Positions 10,144 through 20,728 of a stretch of 64,000 bases of DNA are shown here, piece by piece. A model generated the notes under the pieces. It made no database searches. It was not told where the DNA came from and saw only the letters and a program-made list of their open reading frames with translations. Origin of the DNA: Candidatus Peribacteria bacterium (GTDB lineage: Bacteria > Patescibacteriota > Gracilibacteria > Peribacterales > Peribacteraceae); assembly GCA_018652265.1 (NCBI GenBank), contig JABICL010000034.1:31236-95235 (forward strand). Reading direction: 5' to 3'. Numbering within the stretch: position 1 is the first letter of the stretch; each line of letters starts with the position of its first letter. The position numbers were made by a program, and so were the translations under genes.

Positions 10144-11100
10144 ATGAACAAAAAAGAACTCTTAAAAGAGCTTTCAGAAAAAGTTGCATCTGGATCTATA
10201 GATAAAAGCGAAGTTATGGATGCTATTTCCGGAGAGGGGATAAAAAAATCCATGTCTCATTTATCTATAATGACAATCCTATACTTCATAGGTGCAGTTG
10301 CAGTGATTATGGGAATTATCTTCTTTATAGCGCAAGTTTGGGAGGATATAGGATCATTTGTAAGAGTATCTATTACATTAGGCATGGGTCTTATAATGAC
10401 CATGCTTGGATCTATGCTTGTAAAAGAAAAAGAAAAGAAAAACATAGGTTTAGTTTTTCAGTTTATAGGAGGCCTACTTATTCCGGGGGGATCTATGGTA
10501 CTACTTTCTGAATTTAGTACTGGAGTTGTTCACATGTGGCCTATAGCAATAACTATTGGAATTATATTTTTGTTTTATTTGATATTGGATTTTGCACAAA
10601 AAAATCCCATTCTTACATTCTTTGCGATAGCAAACGGAACAGCTTTTATTTATCTCCTTATAGGAGCTCTTACAGAAGGGCAGGCTTCTTATAAATACGA
10701 TGATCTATATGCATATACAACTATGATAATAGGTGCATCGTATCTCGCACTTTCACATAATTTTAAGACAGGTTGGAATAGGAATTTGGTAGGAATTTTG
10801 CAACTTGTAGGATCTTTCGGCTTCTTTGTTGCTGCATTCTCTAGGGTAGAATATATTTTTGCAGGACAGATCCTCTACTTCTTCGTATTAGGCGCAGGGC
10901 TCTTCTTATCTATCTATATGAAAAGCAAAGCCATATTGCTTACCAGTACAGTATTTTTGATAGTCCATTTTGTTTATATAACAGACAGATACTTCGCAGA
11001 TTCTCTCGGTTGGCCTATTTCTCTGATTATTTTGGGACTTATAATAATCGCTCTAGGATACGGATCCGTGGAGGTTAATAAGAAATATTTGAAGAAATAG
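10144..11100 (+). CDS. Polytopic membrane protein (DUF2157-like)
   Basis: About 9 hydrophobic helices; ILYFIGA...GIIFFIAQVWEDIG pattern. Confidence 0.7.
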   Translation: MNKKELLKELSEKVASGSIDKSEVMDAISGEGIKKSMSHLSIMTILYFIGAVAVIMGIIFFIAQVWEDIGSFVRVSITLGMGLIMTMLGSMLVKEKEKKNIGLVFQFIGGLLIPGGSMVLLSEFSTGVVHMWPIAITIGIIFLFYLILDFAQKNPILTFFAIANGTAFIYLLIGALTEGQASYKYDDLYAYTTMIIGASYLALSHNFKTGWNRNLVGILQLVGSFGFFVAAFSRVEYIFAGQILYFFVLGAGLFLSIYMKSKAILLTSTVFLIVHFVYITDRYFADSLGWPISLIILGLIIIALGYGSVEVNKKYLKK

Positions 11101-11102
11101 TA

Positions 11103-11191
11103 TGTCATGCTGAGCCGTACTGAGCGAGTAGAACTGGAGGCAGAACGAAGTGAAGCCTCAGTTCTAGGAGACGAAGTACGTGTCGAAGCAT
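11103..11191 (+). repeat. Nested family B palindromic element
   Basis: TGTCATGCTGAGCC[GTACTGAG...CGAAGTAC]GTGTCGAAGCAT. Confidence 0.85.
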
Positions 11192-11289
11192 AGATATTTT
11201 GCTAGAGATTGGTTGTATAAGTTATAAATAAGTTGTACAAATATAGTTAGTCTCAGATTTCACGTTGTTCCTTACACAAGGGGATAGAA

Positions 11290-11568
11290 ATGGCTAATTC
11301 GATTGCTGCCTTTGTTTCTGCTCTGGGCATATGTGTGTTTTCGAGCATTTTGATGTTTCTGACATGGGGTTTCATGAAACATGTTCAGGAGACCATCGAT
11401 GCCTTGTCTGCACAGGAAGATAACTTGCTTACTCCTGAGCACAGAAGCAAGTTAGTACGCTCGTTTCAAGTTTTGTATTTGAGGATGAATTATTGCTGTG
11501 GAGGGGCAGCTATAACCGCAATGGGATGCGCGCTAGTTGCCATCGTGGTTGCGTGTTACATTTTCTGA
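11290..11568 (+). CDS. Small two-helix membrane protein
   Basis: Two hydrophobic segments, purine-rich leader, followed by a terminator. Confidence 0.55.
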   Translation: MANSIAAFVSALGICVFSSILMFLTWGFMKHVQETIDALSAQEDNLLTPEHRSKLVRSFQVLYLRMNYCCGGAAITAMGCALVAIVVACYIF

Positions 11569-11597
11569 GATCTCTCCAGCGTTGTTGGAGAAAATCA

Positions 11598-11621
11598 GCC
11601 CCCACTTAACGGTGGGGGTTT
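11598..11621 (+). terminator. Intrinsic terminator
   Basis: GCCCCCAC-TTAACG-GTGGGGGT followed by a T-rich tract. Confidence 0.6.
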
Positions 11622-11689
11622 GACTTATATTTATTTTTTCTAAAAAAGAGATTCTTATGGCCTTGGATAAGAAGTATTTGAAGAGGTAG

Positions 11690-12055
11690 CTATCCTCTGC
11701 CTACAAATCTTTTCCTCGCTTCGCTTACTGCAGTATTAACATTCTCGACAAATTTTGTTAATTCGCCTGGATTCATGCCTTCAGGATTTTGAGAGCCAAT
11801 CTCTGCTTCTATAACACGTTTCAAAGACGGATTCATGCCTTCTGTGCCCCCTTCAGTTATTTCATCAGGGTTAAATTTTACAATTAATTTGTCGTCTTTT
11901 TCTACTACATCAATTGCTTTTCCTAATTGGATTTCAACTGTATAACTTTGAAAATTACCTAAGCCATCTACTAAATTCTTTTTCCCATTTTTTGCAGATT
12001 GTTCTAATGCTTGTTTGTGTAATTCGATACTTTTTTGTACAGATTCCCTGGTAGG
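11690..12055 (-). pseudogene. In-frame 121-codon continuation beyond the TAA of the 625-aa ORF
   Basis: Translated by hand: *PTRESVQKSIELHKQ...ARKRFVGRG*, same frame, no start codon at its 5' end. Confidence 0.65.
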
Positions 12056-13933
12056 TTATTCTGTAGATTCGCTTGGTTTGTCTGTATCAGAATCTTCTAT
12101 TGTTGTCTCAGATTCACTTTTTGGTTCGGCAGGTTCTTTGTTTGCATTATTGTCTACAGCAGCAGTATCTTCTCCTGTTGTAGCCTCAGGAAGTTTTTCT
12201 TCTAAAATTGATTCAACATCTTTCAAGGCAATGGTGAGAGTATTTTTCTCAGTATCTCTAGTCCCAGTATCAAATTCAACATCCTTAGCATTGTTTATGA
12301 TAATGACAAACTGATCTTCAAGCCCAAAATGAATATCTTCTATATTTACGCCTATAGCATTAGCAATTTTTTGTAGTACTGGTTTCAATCTACCTGTCAA
12401 AACTTCAAAATCGCTTCCAAGCTTCTTTGTAATTTCAGATTTCTTCTCAAGTTTTTCATTTTCCAGGGTTTTCTCTTTTACAAGATCATCTAATTTTTGG
12501 GCAGCTTCTTTGTTTGAGACAATCCTATCCTGTATTGTTTTTAGTTCAATCTCAAGCATCTTAACCTTGGTCTCCATTCCTTCATCTGAGCTTAAGTCTC
12601 CAATTTGACCTTTTAGTTCTCCTTCTTGTATGTATAGATCTTTGTTTGATTCTTCGTATTTTTCTCTGCTCGATTCAAGATCGACAATATCTTTTTCATT
12701 AGATTTAATTTTTTCCGTTGTATCTCCATCTATCTCATTTATTGCATCACGGGTTTGCTCTGTAGTTTCAGGGTTTTTTGCTGCAATCTCACTTTTAATT
12801 TCCGTTTCTTCAGGACTATCTGTTTTTGCCACTTCATTTACCTCTGTTTCTTCAGGAGTTTCACTCGTATCTTCATCCTTTTCGATTTTATCAAAAAGAG
12901 TTCCCTTTCCAAATTCTTTAAACATTTTCAGTATCATTGCAAAAGCCTCTGCAAGAGCCTTTATTTGATCTTTACCATTCATCTTATCAAAGTCCTCCAT
13001 TACTTCATTGATATCTTGGTATGATTTGTCGAAATTTGTTTCAGGATCTTCTAAAAATCTTGTACTAGGCTTTGGTTCTATTGGATGACCTGCTTGCTCT
13101 GCATTGTTTCTAAATTCTGTGTCTATAATGTTTCTTTCTTTATCTGAAATCTTATCCAAAGATGCACCATTTTTTGACCAAAAATCTGAGACTTCTGTTT
13201 GTGATTCAGTATTTTTACCTTCTTCTCTAAGGGCAACAGCCTTAGCTAAAACGATTTTTCCTTCTGCTTGGATCTGTTTTGCTAGTTTTGATAATTGTTC
13301 CTTGCCTTCTTCGGGGGATTCTGCGCTGTCATTTGGAGCCGCTCCTTCTCCCTCTCCTTTTGCTGATTCTGTTGGCTTTGCAGCATCTTCTGCTAAGTCT
13401 CCCATTACGTTTCCTGAGCCTTCCTCTACATCGACTATTTGATTCCTTTTTCCAATAAGAGCCTCCATCTCAGAGCCAATGTCTCCTTCATATTTTGAGG
13501 GATCTTTCTGCTCCAGATCTGCAATTTTCTGATTTATCTCTTCTAGGCTGAGACTGTCCGAACTCTGTTTTGTATTAGGTTTGTCAGGGTGTTCTCCAAC
13601 TACTGCAGAATCCAAATCCTCATCCATAGGTATTTGATTGCTATCATTATCTATTTTACTTCCAATATTTTTAAACCATTTATCTGTATTTTTGATTGCA
13701 TCTTCCAAAGGATTAGCTTTTTTTGCTGTATTCTTAGCCTCTTCTTTTGCTACAGTTTTTGCTTCAGAGGCATCCTCAATAGCAGGAGGCATATCTGCTT
13801 TGCTTGGATCTTCAAAATCATCAGGGTTTTCAGGCATTGGTTGTTCTTGATCTCCCCCTTCTCCCCCCATAAAAACAAGAAATCTCTCTTTCTCGTTATA
13901 GTCAATTTCTGATGTGTATGTGTGTTTTTCCAT
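12056..13933 (-). CDS. Large acidic, low-complexity/coiled-coil hypothetical protein
   Basis: 625-aa E/K/D-rich ORF. Confidence 0.8.
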   Translation of the reverse strand: MEKHTYTSEIDYNEKERFLVFMGGEGGDQEQPMPENPDDFEDPSKADMPPAIEDASEAKTVAKEEAKNTAKKANPLEDAIKNTDKWFKNIGSKIDNDSNQIPMDEDLDSAVVGEHPDKPNTKQSSDSLSLEEINQKIADLEQKDPSKYEGDIGSEMEALIGKRNQIVDVEEGSGNVMGDLAEDAAKPTESAKGEGEGAAPNDSAESPEEGKEQLSKLAKQIQAEGKIVLAKAVALREEGKNTESQTEVSDFWSKNGASLDKISDKERNIIDTEFRNNAEQAGHPIEPKPSTRFLEDPETNFDKSYQDINEVMEDFDKMNGKDQIKALAEAFAMILKMFKEFGKGTLFDKIEKDEDTSETPEETEVNEVAKTDSPEETEIKSEIAAKNPETTEQTRDAINEIDGDTTEKIKSNEKDIVDLESSREKYEESNKDLYIQEGELKGQIGDLSSDEGMETKVKMLEIELKTIQDRIVSNKEAAQKLDDLVKEKTLENEKLEKKSEITKKLGSDFEVLTGRLKPVLQKIANAIGVNIEDIHFGLEDQFVIIINNAKDVEFDTGTRDTEKNTLTIALKDVESILEEKLPEATTGEDTAAVDNNANKEPAEPKSESETTIEDSDTDKPSESTE

Positions 13934-13954
13934 AATGGATTAGGTAATAAATAT

Positions 13955-14287
13955 TTATTTTTCTTTTTGTATTTGTTTTTCTATTTCTGCAAGTTTTACT
14001 TCTTCCTTTTCTTTATTTCTATTTTCTAAGCTTTGTATAGAAATTCTCTTGTACTCTACAATTTTCTGGTTCATGCCTGCTAGATATTCATCTAGCTCTT
14101 TGTGATACTGAGCGAATGCTTTGTTATATCTATTTTTTCTTTCCTCTTTTTCTTCTGGGGTTTCATTTTTATATTTTTCCTCCAGACCATCTAAATTTTT
14201 GGAAAGAAGATCAGATTCAATCTTTCCCATAAGCAAGTCATAAATTTCCTGGCCGCTAGGTATAACTGGTGGGTCGATTTGGGACAT
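13955..14287 (-). CDS. Hypothetical coiled-coil protein
   Basis: 110-aa ORF directly upstream of and co-oriented with the 625-aa ORF. Confidence 0.7.
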   Translation of the reverse strand: MSQIDPPVIPSGQEIYDLLMGKIESDLLSKNLDGLEEKYKNETPEEKEERKNRYNKAFAQYHKELDEYLAGMNQKIVEYKRISIQSLENRNKEKEEVKLAEIEKQIQKEK

Positions 14288-14323
14288 TTTTGTTTGTTTT
14301 AGTTTTCCTATTATTATACCATA

Positions 14324-14395
14324 CGGCTTCGCGTTTAGGAATAGACCTATTCATTTGTCATATCACTTATTTTGACCAGCGATCCCGCTACGCCG
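14324..14395 (-). repeat. Stem closed by GTA/GAA internal loop (CGGC-GTA-GCG...CGC-GAA-GCCG)
   Basis: Same motif as 8772, 42224 and 58340. Confidence 0.5.
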
Positions 14396-14547
14396 CCATT
14401 ATTTCCGTTATTTTAATATGCCATTGGATGTGCTTTAATTGCAGGTTTTGATAAGAATTTGCCATTGTTTACCACCCAGAGATTCGCTACAGTAAGCCTA
14501 ACATCACCGCTTGCCCCGTAGTGCTGCAAAGCTACTTCTGGGGCCAA

Positions 14548-14649
14548 CTATCAAGAGAGACATAAAGGGAACTGGCCCGTCTGCATATGTCCCCCAACCG
14601 CCCCTAATACGGGAAAGGTGGGAAATCCAGCCCCTATACGGGAAGATAG
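14548..14649 (+). promoter_or_regulatory. SAM-I (S-box) riboswitch
   Basis: P1 CTATC/GATAG, ATCAAGAGA, GGGAACTGGCCC, CAACC...GGTG, AAATCC; directly upstream of metK. Confidence 0.85.
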
Positions 14650-14658
14650 CAAAAGCTC

Positions 14659-14696
14659 AACTCTTCTCTTATAAGGAAAGAGTTATTTCTTTATTT
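14659..14696 (+). terminator. Riboswitch expression-platform terminator
   Basis: AACTCTT...AAGAGTT hairpin plus U-rich tail before the metK ATG. Confidence 0.6.
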
Positions 14697-14710
14697 ATAC
14701 CCCTCACCCC

Positions 14711-15913
14711 ATGTCTTACTTTTTCACATCAGAATCCGTAACCGAAGGTCATCCAGATAAAATTTGTGACCAAATCTCCGATGCAATACTAGATGCAGTT
14801 CTAAAAGAAGATCCTACAGGCAAAGTATGTTGTGAAGTGTTTACAACAACTGGATTGATAGTAATAGGAGGAGAAATTACTACAAAGACATATGTTGATG
14901 TAGCTAAAGTTGCGCGCGGATTGCTTAGAGAAATTGGTTATACAGATTCAAAATATGGTATTGATTGCGATAGTTGTTCTGTAATAGTTGCGATTGATGA
15001 GCAAAGTCCAGAGATTGCACAAGGAGAGTCAGATACAGATGGAACACACAAAGAAATGGGAGCAGGGGATCAAGGTCTTATGTTTGGATATGCATGCGAT
15101 GAAACTCCTGAACTTATGCCTTTGCCTATTAAATTGTCGCATAGTTTAGCGCGTAGACTTGCAGATGTTCGTAGATCGAAGACTATAAACTATCTAAGGC
15201 CAGATGGGAAAAGCCAGGTTACCGTGGAATATGATGATCAGAATAAGCCTATAAGAGTTGATACTGTAGTAATTGCAGCACAGCATGATGATACAGTGAC
15301 ACAAGATCAGATTAAGACAGATGTGATAAGACATGTTATTGAGCCTGTATGTGAAGATTATATTGATTCAAAAACTCGTTTTCTTGTGAATGAAACAGGA
15401 AAATTTGTTTTAGGTGGACCGCAGGCTGATACTGGTCTTACTGGTCGAAAAATTATTGTAGATACATATGGAGGCATGGGACGTCATGGTGGCGGATGTT
15501 TTTCTGGAAAAAGTCCGAACAAACAAGATCGATCGGGGGCATATATGGCCCGTTACGTAGCCAAAAATATTGTTAAAGCAGGATTGGCAAAAAAATGTGA
15601 AGTGCAAATTTCATATGCTATTGGTTTTCCTGAGCCTATTTCAATTCATGTAGATACATTTGGCACAGGAACTGCAGGCGATAGAGTGCTAGAAAAAGCA
15701 GTTTCTGAAACATTTGATCTCAAGCCTGCTGCTATAATTCGTGATCTTGACCTTCTTAATCCTCAGTACAAAGCGCTTGCTGCTTATGGTCATATGGGAA
15801 GAGAAGACTTAAATGTTAAGTGGGAGAAGTGCGATAGAGTAGAAGCTCTTAAGTCTGCAGTAGCTAATGTAAATACAGTGAAATCCAGTGATCCTGTATT
15901 GCAAGCAGCTTAG
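14711..15913 (+). CDS. metK: S-adenosylmethionine synthetase
   Basis: [40 protein letters not shown]. Confidence 0.97.
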   Translation: MSYFFTSESVTEGHPDKICDQISDAILDAVLKEDPTGKVCCEVFTTTGLIVIGGEITTKTYVDVAKVARGLLREIGYTDSKYGIDCDSCSVIVAIDEQSPEIAQGESDTDGTHKEMGAGDQGLMFGYACDETPELMPLPIKLSHSLARRLADVRRSKTINYLRPDGKSQVTVEYDDQNKPIRVDTVVIAAQHDDTVTQDQIKTDVIRHVIEPVCEDYIDSKTRFLVNETGKFVLGGPQADTGLTGRKIIVDTYGGMGRHGGGCFSGKSPNKQDRSGAYMARYVAKNIVKAGLAKKCEVQISYAIGFPEPISIHVDTFGTGTAGDRVLEKAVSETFDLKPAAIIRDLDLLNPQYKALAAYGHMGREDLNVKWEKCDRVEALKSAVANVNTVKSSDPVLQAA

Positions 15914-18900
15914 TTTCTCAGAGAGTGCACAGGGAGAATCTTCGTTCCTGGATAGTAATAATGCAAAATTTCTTCTGCAGTTTTACCTTCGTTAGCTTGC
16001 CCCTCTGCTCCGCAGCCTGACATACCTACTCCGTGTCCTGCATTACTCATGCCTTTGCACCATGGATCATCTTTTGAGTTTAAATATGGAGTGTGTTCCC
16101 ATCCCCATACATCGAGTGCTGATTTAGTTCTTCCATTGTCACTTGAGAAGTAAGGAGCTTTTACTACCTTTCTTTCCCAGGATAGAACCTTAGATTCTGT
16201 AGATTTCACAGCATCTTTCCATCGAGGATTTCTTTCTTCAAACACAACTCCTCCATAAGCTTGAAAACTTGCAGGACTATCAGATCCATCCCATGGCTTG
16301 CCAGGGAATTTTCTTTGTCCAGATATCAGATAAAAAAGAGCATAAGATCTAGCAGCTATAGCGAATGCACGCTGCTTCTCGTATGGTTCTGTGTCTGGCT
16401 CTTCTGCTAGACCATTTAGATATGTTTCTAGTGGTAATTCATTTATGAACTTAATTTCATTGTCTATGATTCGACATTCCACAATTCCTCTGTATCTGTT
16501 TAGACTCTTTGTTTCTGTCATTATTTTTACGAAAGAGTTTGCATCCTCTGCAGAGAATTTAATATGTGGAGCAATTATGTGGCCATTACTTGTAATTACC
16601 TTACATTGATCATGTTCTTTTGTGATGTGAGCAGGGCCAGACTCTAGGAAAATTATATTTCCACCACCCTGTATTCTCATTGTAGAAGGAGAATTGAAGA
16701 TAGAGTTTGGTTTTGTATAAGAAAGAAGAATTCTTATATTAGGATTATCCACATTGTTTGTAGTAGATCGAACAGGTGGAGGAGCGGTTTTTATTCTTCT
16801 TGCCCTTCTTTCTGCGCGCCTATCTGCCACAGTTCTTCTGGAAACCTGTCTGATAGATAATTGATTTGTACTAGAGCTTTGTCTAATTCTAATATTTGAA
16901 TTTCCAGATACCTTCAGGCTGAAATTAATATCGCCTATAGAAAAAGTATAATCACCAATATTGCGTGGAGCTTTTACTATCAAATTCAAATCATGAGTTT
17001 GGAATTTTCTGAGTGAGATTGGAGCTTTGAAATAAGATCCAACTCTTTGTGATCCATCTTCTGGCTTTAAGACTATTGTTGGATTAGATTTAACAACTGG
17101 TGAAATGTTTTGATATCTTCTAACACCATTTTTACCAGCTCTTATCCTAAGGGGAATTATAGATTGCTCTTTTGGTTTGAGTGTAAGCTCAGTTCCGGCA
17201 AGAGCTTCTATTCTTGCGTCTACTCCAGTTTCTTTCCCTTTACTTCTTCTAGAAGAGGGAAGCGGGGCTAGGTGAGATTGTCCAGAAAATGCAATTTCTG
17301 GGATTGGTTCTGCTCTTGATGCAACTGTAATAACATTCCCAATTATGTCTGATCCTTCAGCGAATTTAGGAACTATAGTTCTAGAATATTTACCTTCCTC
17401 TTCCACATTTTGTAATTGAACTCGAAAAGATCCTTGTTTTCCTGGGGCAATGCTATTTGGATGATTGATTACACTTACTTCTCCAGTTCCGCCTTCGATT
17501 TCAAATTGTACTTCTGTAATAGTATCTCGATCCCATGGTACCGAACCTGAATTAAATATTTTTATAGTGCCTGCCAAATCTTCTCCTGTTCTATGCAGAG
17601 GAGGGAAGTAAGAAGTCACATAAGTATATTTTGGGTTTCCATGTGAAATTTTAAATTTAACAGGAGCTATATTTTTTATAAGTCTCCTTCTGTTATTTAT
17701 TACAGGAGTTAGATTTATGGTTCCTTCTTTTTCAGAAAGTCCACCCTGGATTCTCACTGTAAATGTTCCTATCTCTCCAGGTTTTACTTCTTGTTCTTTT
17801 ATAAGTCCGGCTATGAAGCTATATGGCCTGTATTCAGTAAGGAATGCGCCGGTATCACCTTCTCCAAGTAGCCAAGTTTTTTCGTTCCAGGTATCCATGC
17901 CTACATTCATAAATTGAACATCAAACTCCTTCATCGCACCCATTGGCAGAGTTATGGGATCTATAGATGCCATGATTGCAGCTTCATTCTGTGAAGACTG
18001 AGCTGCTACAGAAGAAAAGAGTGGCCTAGAAGACTCTCTTTCTTTTGCATGTTGTCTGATTTGCGGAAGTAGTTCTTGTGAAAATGTTCCAGGACATGAT
18101 GTTTGCCCTACATCTCTATGTCCTATTACTGTTGGCATAGTTTTTCCATGATGAAGAGTTCTTCCTGTTGGATCTATTTTGTATTTATCTGCTAAATAAG
18201 AAACTAACCATCTAAGAGATGTAAGTTGTCCATCTGTTGGCTTGCTACTTTGAAAATTTCCCATAAGAGAAATCCCCATAGTTCCTACATTGTTGCAGTA
18301 TGCATGAGCTCCCACTGCATAATCTCCTCCAGCACGACCTTCGTAGATTTGTCCGTCTGTATCTATTACGAAATTGTATCCGATATCTCCCCATCCTTTA
18401 GATGCAGTGTGATATTCATAAATTGTCCTCATTCTCTGTGGTCCTGTTCGGGTATTTGATGCATTAGTAGATTCTGCAGTGTGATGAATCACTATCATAT
18501 TAACTTTGTCTGAATATCCCTGTGGCCACAAAAGTGCATTACCTGATTCATCTGAGAACTTTCTATTTGTTTCTCTAAATTCATCTGGATACAAAAAAGC
18601 TCTTCTGTCGCAATGTCTTATTTTGTCTGCTAGAAATGGATCACGATTATTAAATAGTCTTTCTATATCTTTTGCTCCACGATTTGAATATCTAAGTGTT
18701 TCATTTGCTCCCCATTGCCATCTGGGCACTATTACTGCGGCAGGGGATAAGCTTCTTCCCGCTGCCTCCTCCCAATCAGTTGTAGATTTAGATGGAGAGA
18801 TGGCATGCAAATTTATATTTGTAGATTTTTCAGATTTTAACCTTACTTTTGTTGCAGAATCGGTGAAGAGTAAATTGCTGTGTCTTTCTCCTGGCATTTT

Positions 18901-19188
18901 TACATCATCATCTATGCTTAAATTTTTCCATTCAGACCATTTACTTCCTTCTAGAGTTTGAATCTTTAAGTTTTTAATCCCACTTGGTAGTTCCGCAGAT
19001 ATTCCTGTCGCAGGTTTTTCTAGAGATATCTCTTTTGTTCGTTTTGCTTTTAGTGCGATAGAACTACTGTGCACTTCTGCATGAACTTCTTGTGCCCATA
19101 GCAAAGATATAACTGCTGCAAGTACCAAAACTATTGGCTTTGCAGTAATGCGGGATCTGTGAGAAATTTTAAAACGCCTAAGTAACAT
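15910..19188 (-). CDS. Secreted N-acetylmuramoyl-L-alanine amidase (Amidase_2/PGRP) fused via Ig-like domains to a SpoIID/LytB domain
   Basis: Signal peptide; [17 protein letters not shown]...TSCPG; C-terminal [36 protein letters not shown]. Confidence 0.85.
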   Translation of the reverse strand: MLLRRFKISHRSRITAKPIVLVLAAVISLLWAQEVHAEVHSSSIALKAKRTKEISLEKPATGISAELPSGIKNLKIQTLEGSKWSEWKNLSIDDDVKMPGERHSNLLFTDSATKVRLKSEKSTNINLHAISPSKSTTDWEEAAGRSLSPAAVIVPRWQWGANETLRYSNRGAKDIERLFNNRDPFLADKIRHCDRRAFLYPDEFRETNRKFSDESGNALLWPQGYSDKVNMIVIHHTAESTNASNTRTGPQRMRTIYEYHTASKGWGDIGYNFVIDTDGQIYEGRAGGDYAVGAHAYCNNVGTMGISLMGNFQSSKPTDGQLTSLRWLVSYLADKYKIDPTGRTLHHGKTMPTVIGHRDVGQTSCPGTFSQELLPQIRQHAKERESSRPLFSSVAAQSSQNEAAIMASIDPITLPMGAMKEFDVQFMNVGMDTWNEKTWLLGEGDTGAFLTEYRPYSFIAGLIKEQEVKPGEIGTFTVRIQGGLSEKEGTINLTPVINNRRRLIKNIAPVKFKISHGNPKYTYVTSYFPPLHRTGEDLAGTIKIFNSGSVPWDRDTITEVQFEIEGGTGEVSVINHPNSIAPGKQGSFRVQLQNVEEEGKYSRTIVPKFAEGSDIIGNVITVASRAEPIPEIAFSGQSHLAPLPSSRRSKGKETGVDARIEALAGTELTLKPKEQSIIPLRIRAGKNGVRRYQNISPVVKSNPTIVLKPEDGSQRVGSYFKAPISLRKFQTHDLNLIVKAPRNIGDYTFSIGDINFSLKVSGNSNIRIRQSSSTNQLSIRQVSRRTVADRRAERRARRIKTAPPPVRSTTNNVDNPNIRILLSYTKPNSIFNSPSTMRIQGGGNIIFLESGPAHITKEHDQCKVITSNGHIIAPHIKFSAEDANSFVKIMTETKSLNRYRGIVECRIIDNEIKFINELPLETYLNGLAEEPDTEPYEKQRAFAIAARSYALFYLISGQRKFPGKPWDGSDSPASFQAYGGVVFEERNPRWKDAVKSTESKVLSWERKVVKAPYFSSDNGRTKSALDVWGWEHTPYLNSKDDPWCKGMSNAGHGVGMSGCGAEGQANEGKTAEEILHYYYPGTKILPVHSLRN

Positions 19189-19268
19189 ATATCTCTGATT
19201 ATAGCGGGTTTTTGGTAGTTTTGTAGGTTATGTATTTTATGTATAAATTGTCCAATGCTCCCTAAAGC

Positions 19269-19349
19269 TAATGAATAATTAAAAATGAATAATGAATAAT
19301 TATGGACTATTTCCTTTATTGTACATTTTTCATTGTACATTTTTCATTT
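19269..19349 (-). repeat. 81-bp cassette: 5 heptamers + 11-bp core + 5 inverted heptamers
   Basis: On - strand: aaatgaa aaatgta caatgaa aaatgta caataaa GGAAATAGTCC ataatta ttcatta ttcattt ttaatta ttcatta. Confidence 0.85.
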
Positions 19350-20545
19350 GTCGTCTTAATAACATTTATATATTGATTTACCATCCTCTCAACAGAAAAT
19401 CTTTCTCTAGCACTTTTTTCTCCATTTCTAGACAGTTTCTCCAAAACTTCTTCTTTCTGAATTTCTGTAATTGCAGCTTTAATTTTATTACTACTTCCTG
19501 CAGGAACAATAATTGAATCCTCCGAGGAGATATGCCTAGAGATTCCACATGCATCTGTACATATAGTAGGAATTCCTCGCATCATTGCTTCGGCAATCAC
19601 TAGTCCAAAAGGATCATTTTCTCTGCTTGGCAAAACCAGACAATCTATCCGATTATAAAATTCTTCTATATTGGGAATTGATTCCACAAGCTCAATTTTT
19701 TGCTGCCCACTTGTTTGTTTTTGTATATTGCAGCGAGAACAGGCTTTTATAAGCTTATTTCTCTCAGGTCCATTTCCAACTATCTCTAGCTCCACATTCG
19801 AAAGATCTTTTATGGCTTCTATAAGCAGATCTACTCCTTTGTCGTAAGTTAAGCGAGAAATACAGCCTATGCGGAAATTTCTAGCTTTCCTAGGGTGAAC
19901 ATTGTTGCTCTCCTCGACCGAGTCCGCCGAGGCGGACGAGTGGAGAGGCGCCTCTCGATTCAGCTCCTTGCTAGGAGCTTCACTCGAGGAAAGCCTTGTT
20001 TCCACTCCATTAGGAATAGAAATCACATCCTCCTCTCTCCACCCCATATCCAAATAAATATCTCTGCTCAGGTCAGATACCGTAACTGTAGTTGCTAGCC
20101 TGCTTAGTTTGCGAAGACGCGGAAGCCATGGATTCCACTTAAGCCATCTTCCTACTTTATCATGTTCGACCCAGATTACTTTTATGTTGTTTTGAATGCA
20201 CCACTCTGTGAGTAGAAGTTTTTCGCTTAGGCTCAACATGAAAACCGTGCTCAGTGTTCCGCGTTCCGCGTTCAGTGCTTCTATAAGCTTTTTCTTCATA
20301 CCTTTCTTCCGCCATAAGAAACTAATTGCATTCCACTTAGTAACTGGCGGGGGATCAATATTCAATTCTTTCATGCGGTCCGCGGTCCGCGGTCCGCGGA
20401 CCGCTCGTAATAGTGTTTTACAATCTCCCAAAAACTCAACTTCATAACCTCTCTCTCCCAGTCCTTTCATTAAACTCAGCGTCTGCACCTCCGCCCCGCC
20501 GAAACGAGATTCAAGTGGAAATCTGGTAAATAGGACTTTCTTCAC
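19316..20545 (-). CDS. Glycosyltransferase family 4 with three in-frame repeat insertions
   Basis: GGAEVQ, IPNGV, SRLTYDKG, DPFGLVIAEAM. Confidence 0.9.
   Translation of the reverse strand: MKKVLFTRFPLESRFGGAEVQTLSLMKGLGERGYEVEFLGDCKTLLRAVRGPRTADRMKELNIDPPPVTKWNAISFLWRKKGMKKKLIEALNAERGTLSTVFMLSLSEKLLLTEWCIQNNIKVIWVEHDKVGRWLKWNPWLPRLRKLSRLATTVTVSDLSRDIYLDMGWREEDVISIPNGVETRLSSSEAPSKELNREAPLHSSASADSVEESNNVHPRKARNFRIGCISRLTYDKGVDLLIEAIKDLSNVELEIVGNGPERNKLIKACSRCNIQKQTSGQQKIELVESIPNIEEFYNRIDCLVLPSRENDPFGLVIAEAMMRGIPTICTDACGISRHISSEDSIIVPAGSSNKIKAAITEIQKEEVLEKLSRNGEKSARERFSVERMVNQYINVIKTTNEKCTMKNVQ
19884..19994 (-). repeat. In-frame palindromic element (family A), 111 bp
   Basis: GCTTTCCT...AGGAAAGC termini; encodes LSSSEAPSKELNREAPLHSSASADSVEESNNVHPRKA. 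Confidence 0.9.
20247..20280. repeat. In-frame degenerate heptamer run
   Basis: gtgctca gtgttcc gcgttcc gcgttca gtgctt; peptide LNAERGTLS. Confidence 0.65.
20375..20404. repeat. In-frame heptamer run (GCGGTCC)n
   Basis: Encodes AVRGPRTADR; same unit as 38841-38870. Confidence 0.85.
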
Positions 20546-20619
20546 CGGTATAAATTAACATGTTATTAGATTGGGCGCGTGCTTCAAAAAGGGAATATGA
20601 AGAGCGCTTTGAGCAAGAA

Positions 20620-20722
20620 GTAGCATGCGCGTCCCGCGCATGAGGTCAAATGGGCGTCCTCGCCCACGTTTACCGCGGGCACGATGCCCGCATGACCTCA
20701 TCGCCGAGGACGGCGATGCTAC
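20620..20722. repeat. GTAG-type REP doublet with four hairpins
   Basis: GTAGCATGCGCG-TCC-CGCGCATG...CATCGCCG-AGGA-CGGCGATGCTAC; inner ATGAGGTCA/TGACCTCAT stem. Confidence 0.75.
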
Positions 20723-20728
20723 GCCGTC

